Below, piece by piece: positions 1 through 10,852 of a stretch of 64,000 bases of DNA. The notes below the pieces were generated by a model that worked only from the letters and a program-made list of their open reading frames with translations, was not told where the DNA came from and did no database searches. The DNA comes from Candidatus Aldehydirespiratoraceae bacterium (lineage in GTDB: Bacteria; Actinomycetota; Acidimicrobiia; Acidimicrobiales; Aldehydirespiratoraceae). The stretch is from NCBI GenBank assembly GCA_965261185.1, contig CBDHCN010000002.1, forward strand, positions 2,878,093-2,942,092, given 5' to 3'. A program made the position numbers and the translations under genes. Numbering within the stretch: the stretch's first letter is position 1; each line of letters begins with the position of its first letter.

Positions 1-2762
1 TTGAGAAAATAGCCAGCTACGGCCTCGAGTGCAGCCCAATCTCAGAGATTCTGATTGAAGAGTCGATAGCGGGTTGGAAAGAATTCGAACTGGAGGTCAT
101 GCGCGACCGCCACGACAACTGCGTGGTGGTGTGTGCCATCGAAAACTTCGATCCCATGGGTGTGCACACCGGTGATTCGATAACTGTGGCACCGACGCAG
201 ACCCTCACCGATGTCGAGTACCAGAAACTTCGCGACGGATCGTTTGCGTGTATCCGCCGGGTCGGGGTCGAGACAGGAGGGTCCAATGTGCAATGGGCGG
301 TCCACCCCGACACTGGTCGGCAGGTCATCATCGAGATGAACCCGCGTGTGAGCCGCTCATCAGCGTTGGCCTCGAAAGCAACCGGGTTCCCGATAGCCAA
401 GATCGCAGCAAAACTTGCCGTGGGTTACACCCTCGACGAGATACCCAACGACATCACCAAAAAAACGCCGGCCTCCTTTGAGCCTTCAATCGACTATGTG
501 GTTACGAAGGTGCCGCGCTGGGCGTTCGAGAAGTTCCCGGGCACATCGGGAATCTTGGGGACTTCGATGCAGAGCGTTGGCGAGGTGATGTCCATTGGCA
601 GGACTTTTCCAGAGTCGCTACAAAAGGCGCTGCGCTCACTCGAACAAGGACGATACGGCCTCAACTGCGATCCAGGAGAAGCAGCGTTCGACCAACTTGA
701 CGACCAAGCACTGCTGGCTGCCGCGTCGGTCGCCACACCCGACCGTCCGTTTCAGCTGGAAGCCCTGCTTCGGCGAGGAACTTCGGTAGAGAAAATTAAT
801 GAAGCGACGGCTGTTGATCTCTGGTTCCTTGACCAGATGCTGTTGATTACCGAGGAGCGGGCCTACCTCGCCACTCGTACTCTCGACGACATTGACAGGC
901 GGGATCTCAAACGCGCCAAGCAACTCGGCTTCTCCGACTGTCAACTCGCCTATCTGTGGAGTACCACAGAGGCGCAAGTGCGTGAACGACGGCTGGCTGT
1001 TGGCGTCAAAACGACGTTCAAAACGGTCGATACTTGCGCTGCGGAGTTCGACGCCGAAACCCCTTATCACTATTCGACCTACGAAGACACCGATGAGGTT
1101 CGGCCCGGTGAGCGTGAACGGGTCATCATCTTGGGTTCGGGACCAAACCGCATCGGTCAAGGCATCGAGTTCGACTACTGCTGCGTGCATGCCAGCTTTG
1201 CTCTCAGAGATGCCGGATTTGAGACGGTAATGGTCAACTGCAACCCCGAAACGGTCTCCACCGACTACGACACCTCGGACCGCCTCTATTTTGAGCCTCT
1301 CACCTATGAGGATGTGATGAACATCATTGAGAGCGAGAAACCACTCGGCGTCATAGTGTCTTTGGGGGGACAAACGCCTCTGAAGCTCGCCGATCAACTG
1401 CCTGCAGAACTCATTTTGGGCACATCGCCGAGCGCTATTGACGCAGCAGAAGATCGAGAGCAGTGGAACGCACTCTGCGCCCGGCTTGAAATCCCCCAGC
1501 CCGCTGGTGGAACAGCCAAAAACACTGAAGAAGCTCTCGAGATCACCTCCCGTATTGGCTACCCGGCGCTGGTGCGCCCGTCATATGTGCTCGGCGGGCG
1601 GGCCATGGAAATCGTCTACGACGACGAAAACCTCCGCAGAGCGATGGACGAACTAGCAGGTTTTGGATCTCTCGGTCGTGAGGGAGGACTGTCCGCGCAA
1701 CGCCCGGTCCTAATCGATCGTTTCCTCGAAGATGCCACCGAGGTTGATGTGGATGCGATACGAGATCACCAGGGCGTTTTCGTCATTGGCGCAGTAATGG
1801 AGCACGTCGAGGAAGCCGGTGTGCACAGCGGAGACTCAGCTTGTTCGATTCCACCGACGAATCTCACCGCCCCCACTGTCGAACTGATCGAGAGCTACAC
1901 CGCCAGGATCGCCGCGGCCCTGGACGTAAGGGGACTGATCAACGTTCAGTACGCGGTGAAGGAGAACCAGGTCTTTGTGATCGAGGCGAACCCGCGAGCT
2001 TCGAGAACGGTGCCATTCGTCGCTAAAGCAACCGGTGTTCCGCTCGCCAAAGTGGCCAGCCGAGTAATGCTCGGCGCCACGCTGGAAGAACTTCGCGCCG
2101 AAGGTCTGCTGACAGAGCGGGGGAACTCTGAACATGTGGCGGTGAAGGAAGCGGTGCTGCCGTTCAATCGGTTTCCCGAAGCCGACGCGGTGCTCGGGCC
2201 AGAAATGCGTTCCACCGGTGAGGTGATGGGGATTGATCTGACCCCAGGATTGGCGTTCATGAAATCACAACTGGCGGCCGGTACCCGACTTCCAGAAGCT
2301 GGACCAGAAGACGTCACGGTGTTCATGTCGCTAGCGGACCGCGACAAGACCCTCGGTGCTGCTGTAGGACGCGGTTTTCGAGATCTGGGATTTTCGATTG
2401 TTGCCACCAGCGGCACCGCAGCAATGCTGCAAGTCGCTGGGGTTACCGTAGACACCATCGTCTCCAAACTTGGTGAAAGTGGCGGAGTCCACGCGGTTGA
2501 GTTGATCGAACGCGGTGATGTGCAATTGGTCGTCAATTCTCCGAGGGGCCGCCGCCCCCGCGCTGACGGAGCGCACATTCGCGCTGCTGCGGGACTGGCT
2601 AACGTGCCGCTGCTGACCACCGCAGCCGCAGCGATGGCTGCGGTTGAAGGGCTGCGAGACTGGGCCCGGTACCCGTTGCGGGTTCGGAGTCTTCAGGAGT
2701 ATCACCAGCGAGGCGGATATCCGGGCGCGGTTGGCGGTTTCGAATGGCCGAGCGGTGAGTGA
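1..2762 (+). CDS. carB: carbamoyl-phosphate synthase large subunit (5' end outside window)
   Basis: Frame 3 is open from base 3, and ...[15 protein letters not shown]... precedes the listed Met at 99. Duplicated ATP-grasp signatures are present ([25 protein letters not shown] and [25 protein letters not shown]). The C-terminal MGS-like region is present and pyrD follows. Confidence 0.97.
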   Translation, partial: EKIASYGLECSPISEILIEESIAGWKEFELEVMRDRHDNCVVVCAIENFDPMGVHTGDSITVAPTQTLTDVEYQKLRDGSFACIRRVGVETGGSNVQWAVHPDTGRQVIIEMNPRVSRSSALASKATGFPIAKIAAKLAVGYTLDEIPNDITKKTPASFEPSIDYVVTKVPRWAFEKFPGTSGILGTSMQSVGEVMSIGRTFPESLQKALRSLEQGRYGLNCDPGEAAFDQLDDQALLAAASVATPDRPFQLEALLRRGTSVEKINEATAVDLWFLDQMLLITEERAYLATRTLDDIDRRDLKRAKQLGFSDCQLAYLWSTTEAQVRERRLAVGVKTTFKTVDTCAAEFDAETPYHYSTYEDTDEVRPGERERVIILGSGPNRIGQGIEFDYCCVHASFALRDAGFETVMVNCNPETVSTDYDTSDRLYFEPLTYEDVMNIIESEKPLGVIVSLGGQTPLKLADQLPAELILGTSPSAIDAAEDREQWNALCARLEIPQPAGGTAKNTEEALEITSRIGYPALVRPSYVLGGRAMEIVYDDENLRRAMDELAGFGSLGREGGLSAQRPVLIDRFLEDATEVDVDAIRDHQGVFVIGAVMEHVEEAGVHSGDSACSIPPTNLTAPTVELIESYTARIAAALDVRGLINVQYAVKENQVFVIEANPRASRTVPFVAKATGVPLAKVASRVMLGATLEELRAEGLLTERGNSEHVAVKEAVLPFNRFPEADAVLGPEMRSTGEVMGIDLTPGLAFMKSQLAAGTRLPEAGPEDVTVFMSLADRDKTLGAAVGRGFRDLGFSIVATSGTAAMLQVAGVTVDTIVSKLGESGGVHAVELIERGDVQLVVNSPRGRRPRADGAHIRAAAGLANVPLLTTAAAAMAAVEGLRDWARYPLRVRSLQEYHQRGGYPGAVGGFEWPSGE

Positions 2763-2765
2763 GCA

Positions 2766-3680
2766 GTGATCGATCTTTCGACGTCTGTGGGCTCGGTGAA
2801 GCTGAAAGCTCCGGTTCTGACCGCTTCAGGCACGGTTGGGTACGGTGCAGAGTTCGCTCGATACCTGCGTCCCGCGGAACTAGGCGCCGTAGTGGTCAAG
2901 TCGATGAAAGCCACGCCGTGGGAAGGCAATCCCGCACCTCGTGTACACCCGACCCCCGCCGGCATGATCAACAGTGTCGGACTCCAAGGCTTAGGGGCAA
3001 AGCACTGGCTCGAACATGAACTGCCACCCTTGGAGGCCACCGGTGCAACCATAGTGGCCAGCATCTGGGGCAACACCATCGACGAATACCGGCAGGCCGC
3101 TGATGCTCTGGCGCAAGCACCTTCCTGTGTGGTGGCGTTGGAAGTCAACGTGTCATGCCCCAACCTCGAAGACCGCAGTCGCATGTTCGCCCATAGCGCT
3201 GGGGCGACCTCCGACGCCATAGCAGCCACCGCCGGCTGCGGTCGGCCCCGCTGGGCCAAGCTCAGCCCCAACGCCCCCGACATTGCAGAAATCGCCGCGG
3301 CCGCCCATGCCGCCGGCGCAGAGGCTGTGGTTTTGACCAATACTCTGCTGGCGATGGTGATCAGTCCCGAGACCCGCCGTCCAGTACTGGGAGCGAAGCG
3401 AGGTGGACTCTCGGGAGCGGCCATGCGTCCGGTAGCAGTTAGGGCTGTCTACGACGTCCACGAGGCAGTGTCTGCGTTGCCGATCGTTGGAGTCGGTGGC
3501 GTTACCAGCGGAATTGATGTGGTGGAGTACCTGCTTGCGGGTGCTTGCGCGGTTCAGGTTGGCACAGCCACATTCGCCGATCCTCGAGCGCCGCGACAGA
3601 TCCTCGGAGAATTTGAACAATGGTGCGATCGCCACGACGTGACGCACACAAGCGACCTCGTAGGCGCGGCACATGACTAA
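2766..3680 (+). CDS. pyrD: dihydroorotate dehydrogenase, class 1B-like catalytic subunit
   Basis: 304 aa with LKAPVLTASGTVGYG, NSVGLQGLG, EVNVSCPN and GLSGAAMRPVA motifs. It lies directly after carB. Confidence 0.9.
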   Translation: MIDLSTSVGSVKLKAPVLTASGTVGYGAEFARYLRPAELGAVVVKSMKATPWEGNPAPRVHPTPAGMINSVGLQGLGAKHWLEHELPPLEATGATIVASIWGNTIDEYRQAADALAQAPSCVVALEVNVSCPNLEDRSRMFAHSAGATSDAIAATAGCGRPRWAKLSPNAPDIAEIAAAAHAAGAEAVVLTNTLLAMVISPETRRPVLGAKRGGLSGAAMRPVAVRAVYDVHEAVSALPIVGVGGVTSGIDVVEYLLAGACAVQVGTATFADPRAPRQILGEFEQWCDRHDVTHTSDLVGAAHD

Positions 3681-3732
3681 CTATCGCCGCATGTAATTGC
3701 CTTCTTTTCTCTTGGCCTCTAGTGTTTCTGTC

Positions 3733-4047
3733 ATGTCTAACCCTCCAAAGTTGTCAGACGAAGCGCGCGCCGCAGCACTTGCAAAGGCAACCGAAGCGCG
3801 CAAGGCCCGTAGAGAGTTGAAGCATCTGTTAAAGATGCGATCGTTGACTCTCGCAGAGGTTCTCGAAAGAGCCGACAGCGACGAAATCGTTGCCAAGACG
3901 AAGACGCTGGCGGTGATCGAATCGCTTCCCGGAGTAGGGAAGGTCAAGGCCCGACGCGCCATGGAAGACATCGGTATCGCTGAAAACCGTCGTCTTCGAG
4001 GCCTCGGCCAAAAACAAAGAGCTGAACTTCTGAATAGGTTTGGCTGA
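3733..4047 (+). CDS. mihF: actinobacterial integration host factor mIHF
   Basis: SNPPKLSDEARAAALAKATEARKARRELK...LPGVGKVKARRAMEDIGIAENRRLRGLG is the typical mIHF sequence. The conserved pyrD-mihF-gmk-rpoZ order is present. The in-frame ATG at 3733 is preferred over the listed 3697 start. Confidence 0.85.
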   Translation: MSNPPKLSDEARAAALAKATEARKARRELKHLLKMRSLTLAEVLERADSDEIVAKTKTLAVIESLPGVGKVKARRAMEDIGIAENRRLRGLGQKQRAELLNRFG

Positions 4048-4080
4048 CCCAAGGTCTCAAGAGAGGCTGGTTGATCAACA

Positions 4081-4638
4081 GTGATTGCGGCCTCGGACCA
4101 GTTGGTCATCGTTGTCTCTGGCCCCGGTGGAGTTGGGAAAGGCACGCTTGTAGCCCGTCTATTGGACCGGGACCAACGGCTCTGGCTTTCGCGCAGTTGG
4201 ACGACCCGAGCGCGGCGTCCCGGCGAGTCAATGGAGGCCTACCACTTCACAAACCGGGAGTACTTCGACAGGCACTTGGAAGCCGGAGGGTTTCTTGAGT
4301 GGGTGGACTTTCTAGATTATCGACAGGGCACGCCGGCAGCGGAGCCACCACCCGGACATGATCTTGTCTATGAGATCGATGTGTACGGTGCTCAACAGAT
4401 CCGACAGCACTTTCCAGAGGCTCTGGTCGTTTTTGTAGACGCTCCCTCCCGTGAAGCTCAGCGAGCCCGGCTCCAAGGCCGTGGCGATCCAGCAAACAAG
4501 ATTGAAGCCAGACTGGCGAAGGCCGCGGACGAGTTGGCTATGGCCCACGAACTTGGTGCAGAGATCTTGATCAACGACGACTTGGATCGGGCGTTGACTG
4601 AGTTGGAAGCGTTGATTCGCGAGCGCCGCGGGAGCTAG
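4081..4638 (+). CDS. gmk: guanylate kinase
   Basis: P-loop VVSGPGGVGKGTL and SRSWTTRARRPGE are present. The length is 185 aa. Confidence 0.93.
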   Translation: MIAASDQLVIVVSGPGGVGKGTLVARLLDRDQRLWLSRSWTTRARRPGESMEAYHFTNREYFDRHLEAGGFLEWVDFLDYRQGTPAAEPPPGHDLVYEIDVYGAQQIRQHFPEALVVFVDAPSREAQRARLQGRGDPANKIEARLAKAADELAMAHELGAEILINDDLDRALTELEALIRERRGS

Positions 4639-4717
4639 TGGCGCTGCTAGGCTTGCAACTCGGTTGAACACCATGCGATAGACGACAAGGCTCGTCGACA
4701 TCTCGGGAGAAGGCACA

Positions 4718-5008
4718 ATGGCTCACGGCTACGACACGATGATGAATCCTTCGATTGAGGGTCTCCTCGATGATGTCGGTTCCAAGTTCCGTCTCGTCAC
4801 CCTCTCAGCCATGCGGAGTCGTGAAATCACCAACTATGTGGGCCAACTCGGCCGTGGCATGGGAGCGTCGATACCTCCCCAGGTTGCATCCACGGCCAGC
4901 AAGCCATTGTCGATTGCCTTTGAAGAAATCGCCGCGGACAAGATCGTAGCAATCGACGTTGATCCCGAAGCCGAAGCTGAAACCGCTCCGGACTACGTGG
5001 GTGCCTGA
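4718..5008 (+). CDS. rpoZ: DNA-directed RNA polymerase subunit omega
   Basis: 96 aa with MMNPSIEGLLDDVGSKFRLVTLSAMRSREI. It follows gmk. Confidence 0.9.
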   Translation: MAHGYDTMMNPSIEGLLDDVGSKFRLVTLSAMRSREITNYVGQLGRGMGASIPPQVASTASKPLSIAFEEIAADKIVAIDVDPEAEAETAPDYVGA

Positions 5009-5035
5009 CCCGAATCATTTGGCAGGGTCTGTGGC

Positions 5036-6280
5036 ATGACCACGCTCTCGGGTCGACGCATCATTCTCGGTGTCACCGGCGGGATCGCCGCCTACAAGGC
5101 GGTGGATCTATGTCGTCGTCTAGTTGACGCCGGGGCGCATGTAACACCGATCTTGACCAAGGGCGCCCTTGAGATGGTTGGTGAGGTCACGTTTTCTGCG
5201 TTGGCCAGCGAAGGAGCCCGCACCTCGCTGTTCAACGACCCCGCCACGCCAATTCCCCATACCGTGATGGGGCAGAACGCAGACATGGTTCTTGTAGCCC
5301 CGGCAACTGCCCGGATCATTTCCGATATTCGCACCGGGCGTTCCGGCGATCTACTGACAGCCACGATTCTTGCCACCCGGGCACCGCTGATGGTCTGCCC
5401 GGCGATGCACACCGAAATGTGGGAACAGGTCTCCGTGCAAGACAACCTTGCGGTACTGCGTTCCCGTGGAGTGCATGTTGTCGATCCCGAAAGCGGTCGC
5501 CTCGCGGGAGGTGATTTTGGGCTTGGGCGTCTCGCCGAACCAGTCGCGATTGTGACTGCTGTCAAGAATGTTCTCACTGCAGGCGATCTTGCGGGCAAGC
5601 GAGTGCTGGTCACCGCAGGGGGCACCCGCGAACCGATCGATGCAGTCCGCTTCGTCGGCAACCGATCCTCGGGCAAACAAGGGCACGCACTGGCCCGAAA
5701 CGCTGCTGAACGCGGTGCTGATGTTGTGCTGATAACTACCAGTCCGACGAGCGCCCCAAGCGGCGTTCGCGTCGTGAATGTGTCCACAGCCGACGAAATG
5801 CATCGGGCCTGCAGCGATGAGGCGCCTCAAGCTGATGTGGTTGTAATGGCTGCCGCGGTTGCGGACTTCCGACCCCAAGAAATCGTGGATCGCAAGCTCA
5901 AGAAGGATCAGGGCACGCTCAGCGTTGAATTTGAACCCACCGTCGACATCCTCGCCGGACTGGGCGCAGCCAAACCCGACGGTCAGGTACTGATCGGATT
6001 CGCTGCGGAGACTGACGATGTTGAACACAACGCGGCCGCAAAACTCGACAAAAAAAACCTCGACATCATTGTGGCCAACGATGTTTCCAAACCAGGTGTG
6101 GGTTTTGAGCACGAAACCAATGAGGTTGTGGTGCTTTGTGCCAATGGTGTCCGGCGGCAAACGCCACTGTGCAGCAAAGACGAGGTGGCACGGGTCGTGC
6201 TCGATGCTGCAGTCGAAACCCTCAACCTCGGAACCCTCAACCTCGGAACCCTCAACCGAGATGACAAGGAGCAAGAGTGA
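5036..6280 (+). CDS. coaBC: bifunctional phosphopantothenoylcysteine decarboxylase / phosphopantothenate-cysteine ligase
   Basis: 414 aa. The N-terminal flavoprotein part has [13 protein letters not shown] and PAMHTEMW. The C-terminal CoaB part has [25 protein letters not shown]. The tail carries an LNLGT tandem repeat. Confidence 0.93.
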   Translation: MTTLSGRRIILGVTGGIAAYKAVDLCRRLVDAGAHVTPILTKGALEMVGEVTFSALASEGARTSLFNDPATPIPHTVMGQNADMVLVAPATARIISDIRTGRSGDLLTATILATRAPLMVCPAMHTEMWEQVSVQDNLAVLRSRGVHVVDPESGRLAGGDFGLGRLAEPVAIVTAVKNVLTAGDLAGKRVLVTAGGTREPIDAVRFVGNRSSGKQGHALARNAAERGADVVLITTSPTSAPSGVRVVNVSTADEMHRACSDEAPQADVVVMAAAVADFRPQEIVDRKLKKDQGTLSVEFEPTVDILAGLGAAKPDGQVLIGFAAETDDVEHNAAAKLDKKNLDIIVANDVSKPGVGFEHETNEVVVLCANGVRRQTPLCSKDEVARVVLDAAVETLNLGTLNLGTLNRDDKEQE

Positions 6281-7479
6281 CTCGCTGGACCTTCACCTCT
6301 GAAAGCGTGACAGAGGGCCATCCAGACAAGATGGCAGATCAGATTTCAGATTCGATTCTGGATGCCATGTTGGCTCAGGATCCGATGAGTCGCGTGGCTT
6401 GCGAAACAATGGTCACGACTGGTCTAGCCATCGTTGCCGGTGAGATAACCACCGAAGCGTACGTAGATATCGCCAGCACGGTTCGCGAGACGATCAAGGG
6501 AATCGGTTACGACCGTGAAGCGTTCGGTTACGACGGGAATACCTGCGGTGTCATGGTCACCATCGACGATCAGTCGCCCGACATAGATCTAGGTCTCCGC
6601 GCTTCTGAGGAGGTTCGTTCGGGTATCGCGGGAGAACAGGACGTGCTCGACATGCAGGGTGCCGGCGATCAGGGAATGATGTTCGGCTACGCCTGCGATG
6701 AAACCGAAGAATTGATGCCTCTGCCCATCCATCTGGCCCATCGAATGGCGGAGCGCCACGCTGAGGTCCGTAGAGCGGGAACGATCCCGTACATTCGCCC
6801 TGACGGCAAAACCCAGGTGACTTTCGAATACGAGGACAGCAAACCCATCCGTCTCAAGACGGTCCTGGTTTCTACTCAACACAACGATGGCATCGACCGC
6901 GACACGATGATCCGGCCCGACTTGATTGAGCATGTCATCGCCCCGGTTATTCCCGCTGAATTCGCCGATGACAACTACGACGTGTACGTCAACCCAACCG
7001 GCCGTTTCGTAATCGGTGGACCGGTGGGGGACTGCGGGCTCACCGGGCGCAAGATCATCGTCGACACCTATGGCGGGATGGCTCGCCACGGAGGAGGCGC
7101 ATTCTCTGGCAAGGATCCTTCCAAGGTCGACCGTTCCGCCGCTTACGCGGCTCGCTGGGTGGCAAAGAACCTGGTTGCCGCCGGAGCGGCTAGCCGGTGT
7201 GAGGTTCAGGTTGCCTACGCCATTGGCATGGCACGCCCCGTTTCAGTTCTTATTGAAACGTTCGGCACTGAGACTGTCGACAAGGCCGCGGTCGACACCG
7301 CTATCGACGAGATTTTCGATCTCCGTCCTGCGGCGATTCTTCGCGATCTCGACCTGCGGCGCCCGATCTACCAGAAGACCGCTTCATACGGCCACTTTGG
7401 CCGCTCCAGCGACGACGGCCTGTTCCCGTGGGAGAAAACGAACCGGGTCGACGAACTCAAATCAGCGTTGGGACTCTGA
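6277..7479 (+). CDS. metK: S-adenosylmethionine synthase
   Basis: 400 aa with [32 protein letters not shown] and [19 protein letters not shown]. The start overlaps the coaBC stop (GTGA). Confidence 0.97.
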   Translation: MTRWTFTSESVTEGHPDKMADQISDSILDAMLAQDPMSRVACETMVTTGLAIVAGEITTEAYVDIASTVRETIKGIGYDREAFGYDGNTCGVMVTIDDQSPDIDLGLRASEEVRSGIAGEQDVLDMQGAGDQGMMFGYACDETEELMPLPIHLAHRMAERHAEVRRAGTIPYIRPDGKTQVTFEYEDSKPIRLKTVLVSTQHNDGIDRDTMIRPDLIEHVIAPVIPAEFADDNYDVYVNPTGRFVIGGPVGDCGLTGRKIIVDTYGGMARHGGGAFSGKDPSKVDRSAAYAARWVAKNLVAAGAASRCEVQVAYAIGMARPVSVLIETFGTETVDKAAVDTAIDEIFDLRPAAILRDLDLRRPIYQKTASYGHFGRSSDDGLFPWEKTNRVDELKSALGL

Positions 7480-7503
7480 GGGTCCAGAGGCTGAGCGTCT
7501 CAG

Positions 7504-9261
7504 ATGACCTTGGGCAAAACCGAACGAAGGGTTGTGCGGGTCATTCCCGATGTCTTGGGAATCAATCGGGAGTTCGACTATTTCGTTCCTGAAGCGTGGG
7601 AGGCTGATGGCCGCTCGGAGCGGCTAGGTGTGGGTTCGATGGTGCGGGTGTCTCTTGCCGGGCGACGGGTGGGTGCCTGGGTGTGTGCTGTTGATGTTGA
7701 GCCTGTAGTGGGATTGGAGTTGGCACCACTGAAGACCTTGAGCGGCATTGGACCCAGCGCTGAGATGATGGAGTTGGCCACTTGGGCCGCGTGGCGCTGG
7801 GCGGGTAGCCGAGTGAAGTTCCTGCGTGCAGCTTCGCCGCCTTCGATGCTCGCCGGAGTGCCGCAGGCCGCCAACCGCGAACTGGTGCCGTCTGGACCGG
7901 TAGATGTGTTTTCGCAAGCCTTTGAGCTGGCTCAAGAACAAGCCGTTGCCGTGGTCCGGACCCCACCGAGCAACGACGATGTGCCCCTCGCTCTTGAAGC
8001 TTGCCGAACCGGTGATGCGTTGTTGCTGTTGGCTGATTCTGGTCGGGCTCGCCGCCTTGGGATTGCTTTGCGCCGTGCTGGTGTGAAGGTCGCGCTCGGG
8101 ACTCAGGAGTGGTCTGTGGCCGCGAGTGGCTCCACGGTGGTGGGGACTCGTTCAGCGGCCTGGATGCCCATGCCACGACTGTCCGCGGTCGTGGTCTTTG
8201 ATGAACACGACGAGTCGCTTGCGCAGCAGTCGTCACCCACGTGGCACGCCCGTGTGGTCGGGTTGGAACGAGCGCGTCGTCGTGGCGTGCCGGCGGTTCT
8301 CAGTTCCCCGGTGCCGTCACTGGAAGCTCTGAGAGCGGGTCCGTTGTTGCGGCCCGACCGTACTGCTCAGCGAACCGGCTGGCCGCTGGTTGAAGTGCTT
8401 GATCGTCGTGATGAAGACCCCACCAAAGCGGGTCTTCTTGCCGAGAATATTGCCGGTTTGCTTCGCGGCGAGGGTCGAGTGATTTGCGTACTCAATCGCA
8501 AGGGACGTTCACGGCTCTTGTCCTGCGCAACCTGTGGTGAACTGGTGCGTACCCTCGACGGTGCCTCGCCCATGGTTCTGGCAGACCATGAGCTTCGTTC
8601 ACCCGACGGGACCGAGGTGCGCCCGCCGGTTTGTGCCCACTGTGGCAATACTCGTTTGAAGAACCTCCGTGCAGGCGTCACAAGGGCCAAAGAAGAACTA
8701 GCGGCTCTCGTCGGCGAAGCAGTCGACGAGGTCACCGCATCATCTGTGGCAGAACCGACCACGCGCGTCGTGATCGGGACCGAAGCGGTGCTGCATCGTG
8801 TCGCCGCGGCCGATGTCGTCGTGTTTTTGGATCTTGACCAGGAACTGTTGGCACCTCGTCAAAGAGCCGTGGAACAGACGATGGCATTGTTGGCACGGGC
8901 GGCTCGTTTGTTGGGACCAAGGGACTCCGGTGGTCGCCTCGTACTGCAGACCCGCCAACCTGACCATGAGGTCGTGCGGGCTGTGTTGCGCGGCGACCCC
9001 TCGATCGTCGCCGTCGCAGAACGCGATCGTCGCAAAGCCGCGGGGATCGCCCCTTACGGAGCACAGGTCTTGGTCTCCGGTGTCGGCGCCAAAGAGTTCA
9101 TTGGCGTGCTGGGTCATCCGGTTGGGATTCGAATTCTTGGCCCCTCCAATGACCGTTGGTTGTTGCAAGCCGACACCCATGAGCCACTCCTCAACGCCCT
9201 CGAAGCCACCCCCCGCCCGGATCGTCGTCTGCGAATAGAGGTCGACCCGCTCCGTGTCTGA
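7504..9261 (+). CDS. priA: primosomal protein N' (PriA-like)
   Basis: 585 aa. It has a DExH-like VVVFDEHDES motif, a Cys4 zinc motif (SCATCGE...PPVCAHCGN) and the C-terminal domain. No GxxxxGK[ST] occurs at the expected Walker A position. Confidence 0.75.
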   Translation: MTLGKTERRVVRVIPDVLGINREFDYFVPEAWEADGRSERLGVGSMVRVSLAGRRVGAWVCAVDVEPVVGLELAPLKTLSGIGPSAEMMELATWAAWRWAGSRVKFLRAASPPSMLAGVPQAANRELVPSGPVDVFSQAFELAQEQAVAVVRTPPSNDDVPLALEACRTGDALLLLADSGRARRLGIALRRAGVKVALGTQEWSVAASGSTVVGTRSAAWMPMPRLSAVVVFDEHDESLAQQSSPTWHARVVGLERARRRGVPAVLSSPVPSLEALRAGPLLRPDRTAQRTGWPLVEVLDRRDEDPTKAGLLAENIAGLLRGEGRVICVLNRKGRSRLLSCATCGELVRTLDGASPMVLADHELRSPDGTEVRPPVCAHCGNTRLKNLRAGVTRAKEELAALVGEAVDEVTASSVAEPTTRVVIGTEAVLHRVAAADVVVFLDLDQELLAPRQRAVEQTMALLARAARLLGPRDSGGRLVLQTRQPDHEVVRAVLRGDPSIVAVAERDRRKAAGIAPYGAQVLVSGVGAKEFIGVLGHPVGIRILGPSNDRWLLQADTHEPLLNALEATPRPDRRLRIEVDPLRV

Positions 9262-9296
9262 GGCTCGCGAGATCAACCAAAGCTGAATCACTGACT

Positions 9297-9357
9297 GGCC
9301 TGTGGCGACAGCACCGGCTCTGAACTCCGGGTCATACTTGCGTCGTGTGTGTGACAT
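9297..9357 (-). pseudogene. remnant of an IS3-family transposase OrfA N-terminus
   Basis: The first ~20 codons of minus ORF 8740..9357 read MSHTRRKYDPEFRAGAVATGQSV. The RRKYxPEFRxxAV opening is characteristic of IS3/IS911-type OrfA. The rest of that ORF is antisense to priA and is not meaningful. Confidence 0.35.
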
Positions 9358-9643
9358 AACGTCTCCTCATAGACGATGTCTCCACGATTTGGGGGGATAC
9401 CCAACCGAAGGGTTCGACGCGGTTCGTGACTATGTGAAAGCAGCGCAGGTGTTAGGCGATTCAATCAACAAACAACACCACCCAACACCAAACGCGTGGC
9501 CGCTAACCAGCGAGTCTATGCACTCAATACGCGACAAAAACGTGTGATACGCGGTCGAGTCCAACTCGAATCGAACAAATGATGACCAACGACTCGCATT
9601 CGTCCACCTCGACAGTTGGCGTGTAGTAGCAGACCAGGTTCAC

Positions 9644-10408
9644 CTAGTGTTGGTGCCCAGCGGCGCACCGTCCACCGACTCCGGGATGGGGATGTGTGCA
9701 GCGCCCCCGCTTCGACTTGTTACGCGCCCCGCATTCTCCCAGGAGCACCGGGGCCTGTTTCTGGTCGCTGGTCGCCTGCGTTTGAGTGCGCTTGCGCATC
9801 AACGAACTAACCCGGCCACGCAGAACCTGCCAGAACCCTTGTCGCTGGACGACTCCTCGCGCGGTTGCCTCCTGTGCAACCTCCTCAGCGAAATGGTGCA
9901 TAGTTACGGTCCTGAGCGTCCCCTGCGGGAGTGCTTCCTCGATGAGGTCGATTAGCTCATCGGCGTTGTCGATCCCGAGAGTCTGAGCGAGTATCACACA
10001 GTCCGGCTTGTCCAGAAGACGGGCCGTGGTCAGCTTCATCGCCAACAGATACCTAGGACTCGCTGCTTCCACAACGAGATTGGTCCCCTCGAAAACGACC
10101 GTTGGCTCAGCACGAACCGCAACCGTCTTCGCTTTGGCCCCGTCGTTAACCCAGTCTGCACGCAGGTCGTGCCGTGCTGCGACCCTCGCTGCTGCACGCC
10201 GCAGACCCATCGGCATTCGCTCCGACACGACATCCACATCGACCGTCACACGATTAGACACATGAAGCGCAATAGCTGCGCCGCCCACGATGGCGATACG
10301 GCATGGTTCGCTGAGACCCTCAAAACTGAGTTCGTCGTCCAGTTCCGCTAACAATACGCGTAGCCGTTCTCCGTCGAACTCGCTGAACTCGGAGTCGTCT
10401 AGGCGCAC
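9644..10408 (-). CDS. nucleotidyltransferase-fold protein (minimal NTase-like, AbiEii/DUF6036-like), function unknown
   Basis: IAIVGGAAIALHVSNRVTVDVDVV fits the G[GS]-x(10-20)-DxD NTase signature. The basic C-terminal tail looks low-complexity. It lies 15 nt downstream of a partner ORF. Confidence 0.45.
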   Translation of the reverse strand: MRLDDSEFSEFDGERLRVLLAELDDELSFEGLSEPCRIAIVGGAAIALHVSNRVTVDVDVVSERMPMGLRRAAARVAARHDLRADWVNDGAKAKTVAVRAEPTVVFEGTNLVVEAASPRYLLAMKLTTARLLDKPDCVILAQTLGIDNADELIDLIEEALPQGTLRTVTMHHFAEEVAQEATARGVVQRQGFWQVLRGRVSSLMRKRTQTQATSDQKQAPVLLGECGARNKSKRGRCTHPHPGVGGRCAAGHQH

Positions 10409-10423
10409 AGTTTGTTCGCCTGG

Positions 10424-10852
10424 CTAAGATCGGAAGCCATGCACGGTGATGTTCTCGATACTTGCGGGATCGAACCACACTCGGTGATAGACACAAGCGT
10501 CGGGGGCGACGTCTAACACGATGCTCCCGTAATGAGACTCCAGATCCAGTGGGATCAATCCAATCGGCCGAGCGCTGCGATGCTTCCACACCCAGCCCGG
10601 CACATCGACACCGTCACGGTCACACAGGGCGTGAACGACCGCAGCGATCCGCGCCAGATCATGACGACGGGCTGTGAAACGGTGCCACCAGCGATACCGA
10701 CGCGGCACAGTGCTCACCATCGCGGCGCGGTGGGCGTGGTCGGTGAGCGCCCACTGTTTGCAAAGCTCACGAAGCTCAACAACCCGACCACGGTTGTCGT
10801 CCTTGGCCATCCAGCGAGGTATCTGATCAGCGGAGAGAGTGGGAACATACAT
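10424..10852 (-). CDS. hypothetical protein, upstream partner of the NTase-fold gene
   Basis: The ORF is co-directional with the NTase-fold gene and 15 nt upstream of it. ATG 10852 (MYVPTLSADQIPRW...) is the preferred start. No recognisable motif was found. Confidence 0.4.
   Translation of the reverse strand: MYVPTLSADQIPRWMAKDDNRGRVVELRELCKQWALTDHAHRAAMVSTVPRRYRWWHRFTARRHDLARIAAVVHALCDRDGVDVPGWVWKHRSARPIGLIPLDLESHYGSIVLDVAPDACVYHRVWFDPASIENITVHGFRS

Noticed and set aside
8740-9357. 205-aa minus ORF as a complete transposase gene
   Set aside because: Only the first ~20 codons resemble IS3 OrfA. The remainder overlaps the priA coding region in antisense and has no transposase motifs.
9540-9585. 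tRNA-like T-arm (gcggtcgagtcc / ttcgattcgag)
   Set aside because: No matching acceptor, D or anticodon stems could be built on either strand. The T-loop consensus (TTCRANY flanked by a 5-bp stem) is not satisfied.
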